This document shows positions 50,820 through 63,726 of a stretch of DNA of 64,000 nucleotides, in pieces. The stretch is from Octopus sinensis (lineage: Eukaryota). Numbering within the stretch: position 1 is the stretch's first letter; the number at the start of each line of letters is the position of its first letter. The DNA lies in NCBI RefSeq assembly GCF_006345805.1, contig NC_043024.1:18972001-19036000 (forward strand). Reading direction: 5' to 3'. The notes under the pieces were generated by a model, which was not told the DNA's origin, ran no database searches, and saw only the letters and a program-made list of their open reading frames with translations. A program made the position numbers and the translations under genes.

Positions 50820-51195
50820 TATATGTATGTATATACACACACATACATACACACACACACACACATATATATATATGTACATGCATATATATATATAAAT
50901 ATACACATTCACATATATATGTATATATGTGTGTGTGTGTATATATGTGGGTGTATATATATTTATATAGATGTGTGTATGTACATATAGATATACACAC
51001 ATATATATGTATGTACATATATATATACACACACTCACACATATATATATACATACATTAATATACACACTCACATATATATGTATATGTGTGTGTGTGT
51101 ATATATGGGTGTGTATGTATATGTATAATACATATGTATGTATGCACACATGCACACACACAAACACACACACATATATATATATATATACATTT
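49715..51195. repeat. Extensive (TA)/(CA)/(TG) microsatellite fields
   Basis: Direct inspection (49715-50130 and 50620-51195). Confidence 0.95.
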
Positions 51196-51649
51196 GAAAA
51201 AAAAATTAGTTCGTCTTGAGTATTGTGATATCTCTTTTTTAAAAAACATTTAAAAAAAAATTTATTTATAAGAATATCGATGGAAAATATCAGGATGACG
51301 TAACTTCAGTTGTAATAATGTAAAAACATTAGTGCATAAAGAGTGGTTCTCGAAAATAGACATGAAATTTAAATTTAAATATAGATATGAGAGGAAAAAA
51401 ATTGTATTACAATAATTGTTCACCCAAAACAAGACAAAGACATTGTTTAGCTAATGATAAATCAATAGAAATTAATGCATGTAACGAAGATAAATTGGGC
51501 CATTTGATCAGTTTGTGATTACCTGCAGATATGGGTTTTTGGCCAAAGTCAGTTGTTCGATGTAGTTTTTGAAGTTTTGAAATGTAGAATGGGAAATTAT
51601 ACGTTTGAATGTTCAATGGTTCTATTTATCATTCATCATTTGTTTTTCA

Positions 51650-52098
51650 TTGTTTTTTACTTGTTTCAGTCATTAGACTGTGGCCATACTGGGGCAGCAC
51701 CTTACTCTTTTACTCTTTTACTTGTTTCAGTCATTTGACTGTGGCCATGCTGGAGCGCCGCCTTTAATCGAGCAACTCGACCCCGGGACTTATTCTTTGT
51801 AAGCCCAGTACTTATTCTATCGCTCTCTTTTCCCGAACCGCTAAGTAACGGGGACGTAAACACACCAGCATCGGTTATCAAGCAATGCTAGGGGGAAAAA
51901 CACAGACACACAAACACACACATACACATATATATATATACGATGGGCTTCTTTCAGTTTCCGTCTACCAAATCCACTCACAAGGCTTTGGTCGGCCCGG
52001 GGCTATAGTAGAAGACACTTGCCCAAGGTGCAACGCAGTGGGACTGAACCTGGAACCATGTGGTTGGTAAACAAGCTACTTACCACACAGCCACTCCT
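51650..52098 (-). mobile_element. SINE A full length with duplicated tail piece
   Basis: Matches family A consensus. Confidence 0.9.
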
Positions 52099-52374
52099 TA
52101 GTCAAATGAATCTTTCACAATACCTTTAAAGCCAGGGACTTTTCCGTACCCCCTTGTATATGTGAGTGTGTGTGTGTATTACTGTCTTGAAATCATGCAA
52201 CTGTTTGTAAGTGAGAGTCTCCCATGAAAACATGTCTGGCCTTTATGGAAATACTACCTTGTAGTGGAACAGTGGAGTGTTAGCAACAGGTAGAGCATCC
52301 AGCAGTAAAAACAAGTACCTCAGCATGAATTTCATCTGATGAATGCAAGCAGAGAAAACTTGACATTAAAATAA

Positions 52375-54068
52375 TGATGGGAGGATTTTTTTACTCGTCA
52401 TCATCACCACCACCAACACCAACACCATCGTTATCCCCATCATCATCATCATCATCAGAGTTGTCGTCATCACTGTCGCCATTGTCATCATCATCTTCCT
52501 TATCAGCTTCCTTGTCATCATCACCACCACTATCGTCATCCACATCATCATCATCATCCCCATCATCAGAGTTGTCGTCATCCCTGTCGTCGTTGTTATC
52601 ATCATTTTATTTGCTTCAGTCATTAGACTGTGGCCCTGCTGGAACATTGCCTTAAAAAATTTGGAATTTCTAGTCAAATGAATTGACTCCAGGAATTATT
52701 TTTTTAAGCTCTGTATTTATTCTATCAGTCTCGTTTGTTGAACTCCTAAGGTATGATGATGATGATGATGATGCTCTCAGATTCTGGCGCAAGGCCAGCA
52801 ACTTTAGTGGGGTTGATTACATCAATCTAGTGCTCAACTGGTGCTTATCTTACTGACCCGCACAAAGGGATGAAAGGAAAAGTCAACCATGGCGGAATTT
52901 AAATGGAGACGATAAAAGAACGGCAGAAATGCTGCTAAGCATTTTTTCCCAGTTTTGTTACGATTGATGATAATGGTGAGAATGATCTGGTGTAATTTGA
53001 AAGAATTCTGCTGCTGCTATCTCTACCATTTAAAACTACAGCATAACAAAGATGATCCATCGCTTGTTTCGACGTAGCAGATCATATCTCGCTGTGGTCA
53101 AAATAACATGACAGATATTTGTCACACAAAAATCAAAAAGAACCAAAGAATTCCCTCACAAAAAGGTATAAATCATAGAAATGTTTAAACTACAGAATAG
53201 AATGAGAATTCCATCAGCTTCTCTCAATTATTTTTCATGCTCCAAACCACAAGATTTCTATAATAGATAGATTTCTTTGTAGTGTTTTTCATTTCTCTTA
53301 TCAATTAAGAAAATCTTACACTCTGTCATTAGTTCTCTTTCATCATGTTTTGCCAAGAGCGACAAAAATCAGAAGTGATTATCTTGGGATTATGAAATTG
53401 GATTCACTAAAAAAAAAAAAAAAGAAAAAGAAAAAAAAAAAAAAAGAAAAAGAAAAATAATGAGAAGGACAAAAAGAAGGAGAAGTTATCGTTAATCAGT
53501 AACGAGTAAATTTTCCCAGGTGAAACCATTCTAGTTTGTATTGAATCGTTAGCACATAATCTGATTGACAATAGAATTGGCAGACCAAGTATTTAATTCA
53601 TCATCACGATTATTATGATCATCATCATCATCAGAGTTGTCGTCATCACTGTCGTCATCATCATCATCATCATCCTTATCAGCTTCCTCATCATCATCAT
53701 CACCACCACAACCATCATCATCGTCCTCCCCATCATCATAATCATCATCCCCATTATCATCATCGTCGTCATCCACCTCCTCATCATCATCAGAGTTGTC
53801 ATCATCATCATCATCCTTATCAGCTTTCTTGTCATCATCACCACCACCACCACCATCGTCATCTCCATCATCATCATCATCCTTATCAGCTTCCTCGTCA
53901 TCATCATCACCACCACCACCACCACCATCGTCATCGTCATGCCCATCATCATAATCATTATCTCCATCATCATCGTCGTCGTCGTCATCATCATCATCCT
54001 CCCCATCATCATCATCGTCGTCATCATCATCATCCTCCCCATCCTCCCCATCATCATCATCATCATCA

Positions 54069-54099
<31 letters not shown>

Positions 54100-54120
54100 G
54101 TCGTCATCATCATCTTCTAT
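52375..54120. repeat. Two related degenerate (CAT)-based minisatellite blocks (52375-52610 and 53600-54120)
   Basis: Both share the specific motifs catcagagttgtcgtcatc and ccttatcagcttcct. Confidence 0.8.
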
Positions 54121-54604
54121 AGGTGCAAGTGTTGCTATGTGGTTAATTGAACAGACTTGTTTCCCAACCACATCCTTTTGGGTTCAGTCCCACTTCATGG
54201 TACCTCGAGCAACTGTCTTCTGTAATAACCCCAGGGGGGGGACATTGACCAAAGCCTTGTGAGTTGATTTGTTAGTGGAGACAAAAAGAAATTTGTTGTA
54301 TATACATGTGTGTGTGTATGTGTGCATGTAAATGTGTGTTTGTGTCTACATGTCTTGGTGTCACATGATAGTTGGAAATATGTGTGTCCTCTATTTCCTG
54401 TCCTCCATGAAAAACATGGCTGGTCATGGGGAAATACTGCCTCGCTTGGAAAGAGGTGAAGGCTGCTCACATGGTGGACATCCAGATGCAGAAAGTCAGC
54501 CTTATCAATCAAAGTCTTGTGAGGAATTAAATTTGATACATGGAAACTGAAAGAGGGGCTTCTTTCAGTTTCCATGTACATATGTATATATTTTCCAGGG
54601 AGAA

Positions 54605-54807
54605 AATATCTCTCTTTTAGTAAAAAGGTGTGAAAACACTCGGTTTTTTCAGTGTTGCCATCAATCAAGAATCTCAGACATTGACGTTTCAAGTTTATTT
54701 GAATCTTGTCAATGGGTATTCTAAACATCAGTGTCTGGCATTCCTAATAGATGGTGACAGTGAACAAACCAGGTGTTTTCACACCTTTTTACCACAAGAG
54801 AGATATT
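54605..54807. mobile_element. MITE with ~85-bp imperfect TIRs
   Basis: aatatctctcttttagtaaaaaggtgtgaaaacac versus gtgttttcacacctttttaccacaagagagatatt. Confidence 0.75.
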
Positions 54808-54919
54808 GTCTCCACAGTAACTGCAGGAAATTTGCCTTTTAGCACTTTGAAATATGTCATAAACATTTTAACTAACCTAAATTTTGCTTATGCCTAAACA
54901 CTGCTTAACATTAACACTT

Positions 54920-54962
<43 letters not shown>

Positions 54963-54985
54963 TATATATACATATATATACTGTG

Positions 54986-55024
<39 letters not shown>

Positions 55025-55140
55025 GATATTAATAATATAAGGGTAAATTATTATTAATTTTAAAATTAATAATTATTACCAAGTAGTTTTGGTATAGAAA
55101 GAGAACCATTATCGGTAGGAACTTTTACAAAAAGTTTTTT

Positions 55141-55526
55141 ATATATATATAAAAGTCAAGTTGAGTGTCTGTCTCCTGCGATTTAGATTCCTAACTACTC
55201 CTACATTTTGCGGTGCAGTTTAACCAAAACTGGGTATCTTATATTCGTGATTCATATCGAGCCCTTCTGGGTATTAGCGCACGTCTACGATGAATCTACG
55301 ATTTAAAAAAAAAATTTTTCCATTTTAATGCATTTTTTTGCTATTATATAAGGGAAGTAACTCTCTAAAAATGTCTACGATGAGTCAACGATTTAAAAAA
55401 AATTTACCATAATTTTTTTCCCGTTTATAATGCATTTGTTTGCTATTTTTTGGCTATAACTCTCTAAAAATGCTTATATAGTTATTTCCCTTACAAACCT
55501 GAGCAACGCCGGGCGATACTGCTAGT
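55141..55526 (-). mobile_element. Family G HINE-like element
   Basis: Close homolog of 18808-19204. Confidence 0.75.
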
Positions 55527-56074
55527 ATATAAATAAATAGGGTTAAGCAACTTGTTGCTTGGCCACATACCGAAAATTTAGAAATAGTAGTCAAAGACTG
55601 CTTATTCCTATTTACTACAGATATAGCTCTACATATAACATTACTTGTAACTCACATATACAAAAAGAAGGAAAAATAACGAAAACAAACAGTCTTCGGT
55701 CAGTTGTGGCTGCGTTTCTGGGTTAGAATTATAAAGAACTCATTCCTGTCCTCAGCGCAACAATCCAGTAAACTATAAATTTGCAAATGCTATTAACCCT
55801 CCTCTTGCATCCCGATCCTGCACCATTGGAGATAGCAGGAGATAGTCAACACATTCAAATCCATATAGACGAATGAATTTGTATTTTCCCTCCAAGATTA
55901 CCATGTGTGTCACAAAATAGTACTGCAGAAAGAGAACTGCGGTTTGTTATAGGGGAGTGAAAAATTTCATTATTAATAATATAAGGGTAAATAATTATTA
56001 ATTTTAAAAATCAACAATTATTACCGAGTATTTTCAGTAAGAAAATATAACCATTATCAGTAGGAACTTTTACA

Positions 56075-57432
56075 TAACTGATGCTGGTGTGTTTATGTCC
56101 CCGTAACTTAGCGGTGCGGTTCGGCAAAAGAGTACTAGGCTTACAAAGAATAAGTCCTGGGGTCGATTTGCTCGATTAAAGGTGGTGCTCCAGCATGGCC
56201 ACAGTCAAATGACTGAAACAAGTAAAAGAAAAAAATCTCAGGGTTATAACCCCTTCTGCAGAACATTTGGAAAAAAGCAAGGGATGAAAAAGTCGCTGCT
56301 CAGATGTGAAGAGGAGGAAAGAGGATGGAGGGCAGTGACATGCAGAGACTGGTGTTGTTGTATTAAGCAGTCTCCTTCATGTAGTTCCTTCCTATGTGTG
56401 TATATGCGTGTGTAGCTTGTGGCTGGGTCTTCCTGCCTTGAGATCAGTTAATAGCTGTAAACGAATGTCCTTGCCATACAAGCGGTGTCTATATTTTTCA
56501 GTCTTTTCTGAAAACATGTCAGGCCATGGAGAAATATTATCATATTATCGCAGGAGTGGCTGTGTGGTAAGTAGCTTGCTTACCAACCACATGGTTCCGG
56601 GTTCAGTCCCACTGCATGGCACCTTGGGCAAGTGTCTTCTACTATAGCCTCGGGCCGACCAAAGCCTTGTGAGTGGATTTGGTAGACGGAAACTGAAAGA
56701 AGCCCCTCGTATATATGTATATATATATATGTATGTGTATGTGTTTGTGTGTCTGTGTTTGTTCCCTCCAACATCACTTGACAACCGATGCTGGTATGTT
56801 TATGTCCCTGTAACTTAGCAGTTCGGCAAAAATGACCGATAGAATAAGTACTGGGCTTACAAAGAATAAGTTCTGGGGTCGAATTCATATTAATTGGCAC
56901 GTCTCCGAAATGGCCCATAGATGAACATTTTTGTAATCTTGTATATTTATCTTTTCTGTATTTTTTCTGGAATTTTAATACAGATTTATCATCATCATCA
57001 TCATCATCATCATCGTTTAGCGTCCGCTTTCCATGCTAGCATGGGTTGGACAGTTCAACTGGGGTCTGTGAAGCCAGAAGGCTGCATCAGGCCCAGTCTG
57101 ATCTGGCAGTGTTTCTACGGCTGGATGCCCTTCCTAACGCCAACCACTCCGTGAGTGTAGTGGGTGCTTTTTACGTGCCACCCGCGCAGGTGCCAGACGG
57201 AGCTGGCAGACGGCCACGGACGGATGGTGCTTTTTACGTGCCAGAGAGAGGGTTCCGTGCAAATTTATGTCTATAAAAAAAAAAAAAAAACCCATCACTT
57301 AGCGGTTCGGCAAAAGAGACCAATAGAATAAGTACTGGGCTTACAAAGAATGAGTCCCGGGGTCGAGTTGCTTGATTAAAGGTGGTGCTCCAGCATGGCC
57401 ACAGTCAAATGACTGAAACAAGTAAAAGAGTA
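56075..57432. mobile_element. Cluster: SINE A pieces (56075-56230, 56548-56885, 57295-57432, all +) and a family C copy (56985-57245, -)
   Basis: Matches to family A and family C consensus. Confidence 0.85.
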
Positions 57433-57854
57433 TATTAGGAAACAGTTGAATCGCTGTAGGAAAAACCTATTTCAACAAATTCTGTCTGACCCAAACATGT
57501 ATGCAAAGAGTAAAAGAATGATGATAGTGATGATTCCAACCATGGCCATCCCTTCTTTTGTGAATAACAAAAGTTACATTATTCAATACATTTTCAATTT
57601 TTGGAGATGTTATGATATGATTTATGGAAGATTTAGCTACTGTTTCTTGCACTATTAATTGCTCTTATCGGAATTGGTTGTCACCGCAGTTATTATGGGA
57701 GATGATTCATCAAAATAGGAGATTTGCTGCTGTTGGTGACTGACTGGTCTTGCCGCCGACAGAGAAAATGGTAACCAGGAATGTAACAATTTCTAAAAAT
57801 CAATATTCTGTGAGGCAAAGAATGGTAGATTTTTATGTGTAGGATATTGCATGA

Positions 57855-58500
57855 GAGTGTGGGTGAGAGGAAAGGGAGGGAGAGAAGAAAAGGGAGGGAG
57901 AGGGAGGGTGGAGATGGGGACAGAGAAGAAGGGAGTGGGAGAGAGTGTGAGTGAGAGAGACACAGAAAATGGATAAGAAAGAGAGAGAAAGAAGAAGAGG
58001 GAGGAGAGAAAGAAAGAAAGAGAGAGAGAGAGCAGGAAGAAAAGAGAAAGTGATCAAAAGAGGAATAAAGGAATGGAAAGGAAGAGAGAGAGAGTGAGAG
58101 GGAATGAGAGATAGAGAGAGGGAGTGAGAGGGAATGAGAGAGAGAGAGTGAGAGTGAGAGGGAATGAGAGTGAGAGACAGAGATAGAGAGAGGAAAAGGG
58201 TGAGAGTGAGGAAGAGGAAGAGAAGGGAATGGAAGAAAGAGAGAGAGAGTGAGAAAAAGAAGGGGAAGGAATGGAGAGAGATAGGGATAGATAGAGAGAG
58301 AGTGATATATATATATATAGAGAGAGAGAGGGGAAAAAGACACAGGTACAGAATGAGCTTGAGAGAGTGAGAGAGAAAGAGACAGGGTGAGAGAGAGAGA
58401 AAGATAGAGAGACAGGGTAAGAGAGAAAAAGAGACAGGGTGAGAGAGAGATAGAGAGAGAAGAGGCAGGGTGGAAGAGAAAAAGAGAGAGAGCTAGTGAG
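57855..58500. repeat. Purine-rich (GA)n low-complexity tract
   Basis: Direct inspection. Confidence 0.9.
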
Positions 58501-58790
58501 AGGGTTCCGTGCAAATTGCTTTTGTCATGTAGCAGACACAATTGAAGTGCTGCATGCATCATTTGTGTTGTTGGTGTTTCGGAGTGTTCACTGGCCCGTG
58601 TCAGCCTTGCCTTCAACTTCGTCATCCTCGTTATTGCTGTTGTTATTATCATTGTCATCATTATCATCGTCATTATCACTGTCATCATCTTCATCATTAT
58701 TATCATTGACACCATCATCATCATCATAATCGTAATCCTTATAATCCTCATTATTGTCATTATCATCAGCCTCATCATCATCATCAGCCT

Positions 58791-58831
<41 letters not shown>

Positions 58832-58984
58832 GCATCAACATTGTTAACTTCCAGTTATTGCTAGAACACATTTTAAGTTTGGCAAATTGAAAAATTTCGT
58901 TTCAAGAATACAATACACCACATGGTATGGGAAGTAAAGAAATCGGTTGGTGTCTTTCTCGACTATGTCCCACACATAATCATC

Positions 58985-60540
58985 ATCATTATCATCATCA
59001 TCATTTAGCGTCCGCTTTCCATGCTAGCATGGGTTGGACGGTTCAACTGGGGTCTGGGGTCTGATCTGGCAGTGTTTCTACAGCTGGATGCCCTTCCTAA
59101 CGCCAACCACTCCGTGAGTGTAGTCGGTGCTTTTCACGTGCCACCAGCACAGGTGCCAGACGAGGCTGGCAAACAGCAACGAACGGATGGTACTTTTTAT
59201 GTGCCACCGGCACAGGGGCCAGGCGAGGCTGGCAATGGCCACGATTGGATGGTGCTTTTTACGTGCCACCAGCACAGGTGCCAGACGAGGCTGGCAAACA
59301 GCAACGAACGGATGGTACTTTTTATGTGCCACCAGCACAGGGGCCAGGCGAGGCTGGCAATGGCCACGATTGGATGGTGCTTTTTACGTGCCACCAGCAC
59401 AGGTGCCAGACGAGCTGGCAAACAGCAACGAACGGATGGTACTTTTTATGTGCCACCGGCACAGGGGCCAGGCGAGCTGGCAATGGCCACGATTGGATGG
59501 TGCTTTTTACGTGCCACCAGCACAGGTGCCAGACGAGGCTGGCAAACAGCAACGAACGGATGGTACTTTTTTGTGCCACCAGCACAGGGGCCAGGCGAGG
59601 CTGGCAATGGCCACGATTGGATGGTGCTTTTTACGTGCCACCAGCACAGGTGCCAGACGAGGCTGGCAAACAGCACGAACGGATGGTACTTTTTATGTGC
59701 CACCAGCACAGGGGCCAGGCGAGCTGGCAATGGCCACGATTGGATGGTGCTTTTTACGTGCCACCAGCACAGGTGCCAGACGAGGCTGGCAAACAGCAAC
59801 GAACGGATGGTACTTTTTATGTGCCACCAGCACAGGGGCCAGGCGAGGCTGGCATGGCCACGATTGGATGGTGCTTTTCACGTGCCACCAGCACAGGTGC
59901 CAGACGAGGCTGGCAAACAGCAACGACGGATGGTACTTTTTATGTGCCACCGGCACAGGGGCCAGGCGAGGCTGGCAATGGCCACGATTGGATGGTGCTT
60001 TTTACGTGCCACCAGCACAGGTGCCAGACGAGCTGGCAAACAGCAACGAACGGATGGTACTTTTTATGTGCCACCAGCACAGGGGCCAGGCGAGGCTGGC
60101 AATGGCCACGATTGGATGGTGCTTTTTACGTGCCACCAGCACAGGTGCCAGACGAGGCTGGCAAACAGCAACGAACGGATGGTACTTTTTATGTGCCACC
60201 AGCACAGGGGCCAGGCGAGGCTGGCAATGGCCACGATTGGATGGTGCTTTTTACGTGCCACCAGCACAGGTGCCAGACGAGGCTGGCAAACAGCAACGAA
60301 CGGATGGTACTTTTTATGTGCCACCGGCACAGGGGCCAGGCGAGGCTGGCAATGGCCACGATTGGATGGTGCTTTTTACGTGCCACCGGCACGGGGGCCA
60401 TGCGAGGCTGGCAACGGCCATGATCGGATGGTGCTTTTTACGTGCCACCGGCACGGGGGCCAGGTGAGGCTGGCAATGGCCACGTTCGGAAGGTTCGCTT
60501 ACGTGCCAACTGCACTGGTATCACAGCTGCAATTTCCATT
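58985..60540 (-). mobile_element. Family C copy carrying a 125-bp higher-order satellite (about 10 dimers of two ~62-bp subunits, 59138-60500)
   Basis: aggtgccaga recurs at 59151, 59276, 59401, 59524, 59648, 59771, 59895, 60019, 60143, 60268; the normal family C 3' end is at 58985-59137. Confidence 0.92.
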
Positions 60541-60599
60541 GATGTTGATTGATTTCGATTTTGGTTCTGATTCTCACTTGCCTCAACAGGTCTTCACAA

Positions 60600-60830
60600 G
60601 TAGAGTTTTTGTGTCATAATAATCCATAGAATTACAATTGGGGGAATTAGGGGGACCAGAGATTATGGATGATGAAGATGTTGAAATACTCCAACAACTG
60701 CCTCTGACTTTTTTGGTAGATATTACAGGGAGCCAAATCCTGCTGCCATACATATGGCCTCCCAGCAGCAACTTTCCTGCCAAGAATTGACCACAACTTC
60801 CAGTAGCTTCATAAATTTTTGTTGATCAAA
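60600..60830 (-). mobile_element. Second DD37D (maT-type) transposase fragment
   Basis: VAAGRPYVWQQDLAPC..W(P)PNSPNCNSMDYY with one frameshift; 37-residue D-D spacing. Confidence 0.7.
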
Positions 60831-60959
60831 TAATTGCATTGTTGAATTATTTTTTTAGATCATTATTTCTCAACGGGGATTTCAGGGGAGAGTTTCAGGG
60901 AGTCTCTGGCGATGTATCGTGATGATCAAAAATCTGGCTTGCTAAAATTTGGTTAAAGT

Positions 60960-61452
60960 GATTCAAACTGCAGACTCAACGCAAAATGGTCACATTTAAT
61001 TCAAAACGTTAAAAATGTTATGAAAACAATTGATATGTGTTCACAAAGTCCAAACGATTAATACGAAAAAACCCCCCAGGCTACATCCCCAAAATTCATT
61101 TCTTTGCCGAATTTCTACAATGTTTACGGCGATTCGTTTTTATATCTTGATTTTTTATTTTTCATGCAATTTACGCATGCTTGCACGCATGGTGAACACA
61201 ATTCACGTCAAACAGCTGACTGAGTAAATTCACTATTCAATGCATGGGATAAGGCCTAAACAAACACATTATCGATTTTTGCACTTGCGAGATGAATTTC
61301 AGAACAGAAATAGCGCAGTTCAATTTTCATTCGCCTAAACTTTAAGTGACCCATTTTTTGTGGTTCTACAATTTGTTTGCTAGGAGGAGATGTGCTGGAA
61401 AGTTAAACACACAGACACAGATACACACAAGTTGAGTTTTATATATATAGAT
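60960..61452 (+). mobile_element. Old HINE-like element
   Basis: Ends acacacagacacagatacacacaagttgagttttatatatatagat, like family G. Confidence 0.45.
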
Positions 61453-62094
61453 GACTAGTCTGGGAACTTTTTGATACCACCTCATACATACCATCTTAAA
61501 TATCTATTAATATGCTATGAGTGCTGTAATGAAGAGATAAAGTGGTCATGCTGATATCATCCAAATATTGAATAACACTAGTGTAACTAATGCAGTGATA
61601 TGTTATAAATAATTCTAGCAAAACAATTCTTTTATGTCAATATTATAGCAGAAATACGTTGGTAATTTTCTTCTACATATATATATCTCACCAATTAATG
61701 CAATTAATTATCTTTTGTGGACGGTTTTAGTGGAACAATAAACAATTTTTGGAAAACAAAATTAATTATTTTTAAATTTATTAATCTGCATTAGCGACTT
61801 TATTTTAATTTTTAATTTTTTGTTTTGTATATTAGTTTCGTTCCACTGGAAATAATTACTTTGCTTTTTTGGTGGTGGTGGTCGTGGTGGTGGGGGAGTT
61901 GAGATAAATTTTCCCCAATTTTATCTATACATTAGAGACATTTATTAACGAGTAAAGCTATCGTTAATTTCTTCTCTAACGAAAGGACCTTGTCTGATAT
62001 GTAAACAGCTAAGTTTTTTTTTATCTCACAACCCATCAACATCATCATCATCGTCATCATCATCATTATCCCCATCACCACCATCATCATCATC

Positions 62095-62225
62095 ATCATT
62101 TAACATCCATTTTCCATGCTTGCATGGGTTGGATGCTTTGCCTAGCAGAGCTATGGCAAATTCCAGTTATATTTGACATGGCTTCTATGGTTGGATGTCT
62201 TTCCTAATGCCAACCACTTCAGGCA
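62095..62225 (-). mobile_element. Family C degenerate 3' end
   Basis: catttaacatccattttccatgcttgcatgggttggatg..ttcctaatgccaaccac. Confidence 0.7.
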
Positions 62226-63097
62226 AGAAGAAGAAGGAAATGCTCTACCACTAACTGCAGATGGGAGTATTTTGAGGGAGGCAGAGTATGTGTGTGAAGT
62301 GGGCTATTTGAGGGAGGCAGGGTACTTGAGGGGAGTATTTAAGGGAGACAGGAATTTCAACCGTGTTTCGTGGTCTGCTACCACAACAGCTCCTTTATAG
62401 GATCCAGTTAGCTCAAGACATCATCAGGAGGAACCACGCCTGGTTTCGGCCCCTACTCCTCTACTGTTTTGACGTGGCAGGGCCCCCCTTTTTTGAGGTG
62501 TCTTCAGCTCTGGTGTTGGGTGCATGTCTTTCTTCTTCTTTCTTCTGTTCCCTGGCCTCTTTGATGTAGCGTCAGCGAGTGTCAGCTGGTGACTGGCTGT
62601 CTTGTCAAATTTCTCCTTTAAATACCTGCTGCATAGGCTCCAGCAGGCAGCCCCAGCAAGTTGTCACGTGACACTGTCTCAGCTTTAACTGACCAATGAA
62701 GGCACATAGTCTCAGCCCACACATTCTCTAAATGATACCGTCATCTCTCAGTCAGTGAAGCTACTTCAGTGTCATCTTGTCTCAGCTAGTGATGTTATTT
62801 TCCTCCCGGAATGTTATAACTTTGAGGGAAACAAGTGAGGTGGATTATTTAATGGAGGCAGAATATTTGAGTGATGGTCACTTTATACTAAATGTTGAAG
62901 GCTAAAATATTGCAATGAATGAAAAATTATATTCAGATAATTTCTCATTCATACCACGCTGAATTAGAACCCCACTCTCTGGTTTTGCAAGTGAAGATGG
63001 AAGAAATAATTCTTTGTGGTCATGTGACTGTTTAAAGCAAAAGCGTTATGATTTTGGTGCTTTGTACCGTGTGGGTAAACTATAAAGACTACTATTA

Positions 63098-63548
63098 AAG
63101 GCGACGAGCTGGCAGAAACGTTAGCACACTGGGTGAAATGCATAGCTGTATTTCATCTGCCGTTACGTTCTGAGTTCAAATTCCACCGAGGTCGACTTTG
63201 CCTTTCATCCTTTCAGGGTCTATAAATTAAGTACCAGTTACACACTGGGGTCGATATAATCGACTTAATCCATTTGTCTGTCCTTGTTTGTCCCCTCTAT
63301 GTTGAGCCCCTTGTGGGCAATAAAGAAATAAGAAATGTTAGCACGCCAGGTGAAATGTGTAGCCATATTTCATCTACCGTTTTGTTCTGAGTTCAAATCC
63401 TGCCAAGGTTGACTTTGCCTTTCATCCTTTTGGGGTCGATTAAATAAGTACCAGTTATGCACTGGAGTTGATGTAATCGACTTAATCCGTTTGTCTGTCC
63501 TTGTTTGTCCCCTCTATGTTTAGCCCCTTGTGGGTAATAAAGAAATAT
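63098..63548 (+). mobile_element. SINE B dimer with 16-bp TSD
   Basis: ataaag(a/g)ctactatta at 63082-63097 and 63549-63564; the second unit joins at an agaaa microhomology. Confidence 0.88.
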
Positions 63549-63726
63549 ATAAAGGCTACTATTACCCACATGGTGAGTTGGTTCATGCTGGAAGATGATG
63601 TAAATGGTTGATGTAGCATTTGGTGCCATGTGGTCAATGTGGAGCAGTTGACAAATGTGACGGTGCCGGGCAATTTAATGTGGAACAATGGACACAGTAT
63701 TTGGTGTCAAGGAAAACGGTAATAAT

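Noticed and set aside
53040-53140. Short CpG-containing stretch with a small ATG ORF
   Set aside because: Only 19 codons with no supporting features.
55680-55960. Unique-looking sequence as a possible host exon
   Set aside because: No convincing ORF with splice signals or recognisable peptide; cannot be excluded without RNA-seq.
57693-58871. 392-aa minus-strand ORF
   Set aside because: Composed of GA- and CAT-repeat translations; the short complex part has no recognisable domain.
59138-60370. CRISPR-like repeat-spacer appearance
   Set aside because: The spacers are themselves repeated (strict A/B alternation), there are no cas genes and the context is eukaryotic.
59021-60619. 532-, 446- and 392-aa ORFs in three frames
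   Set aside because: They arise from a stop-poor 125-bp satellite whose indels shuffle the same three peptides between frames; not a gene.
62330-62500. CTGAAGA, CTGATGA and two GAAAC motifs on the minus strand suggesting tandem hammerheads
   Set aside because: I could not build stems I-III without inserting or skipping bases; would need an Infernal search.
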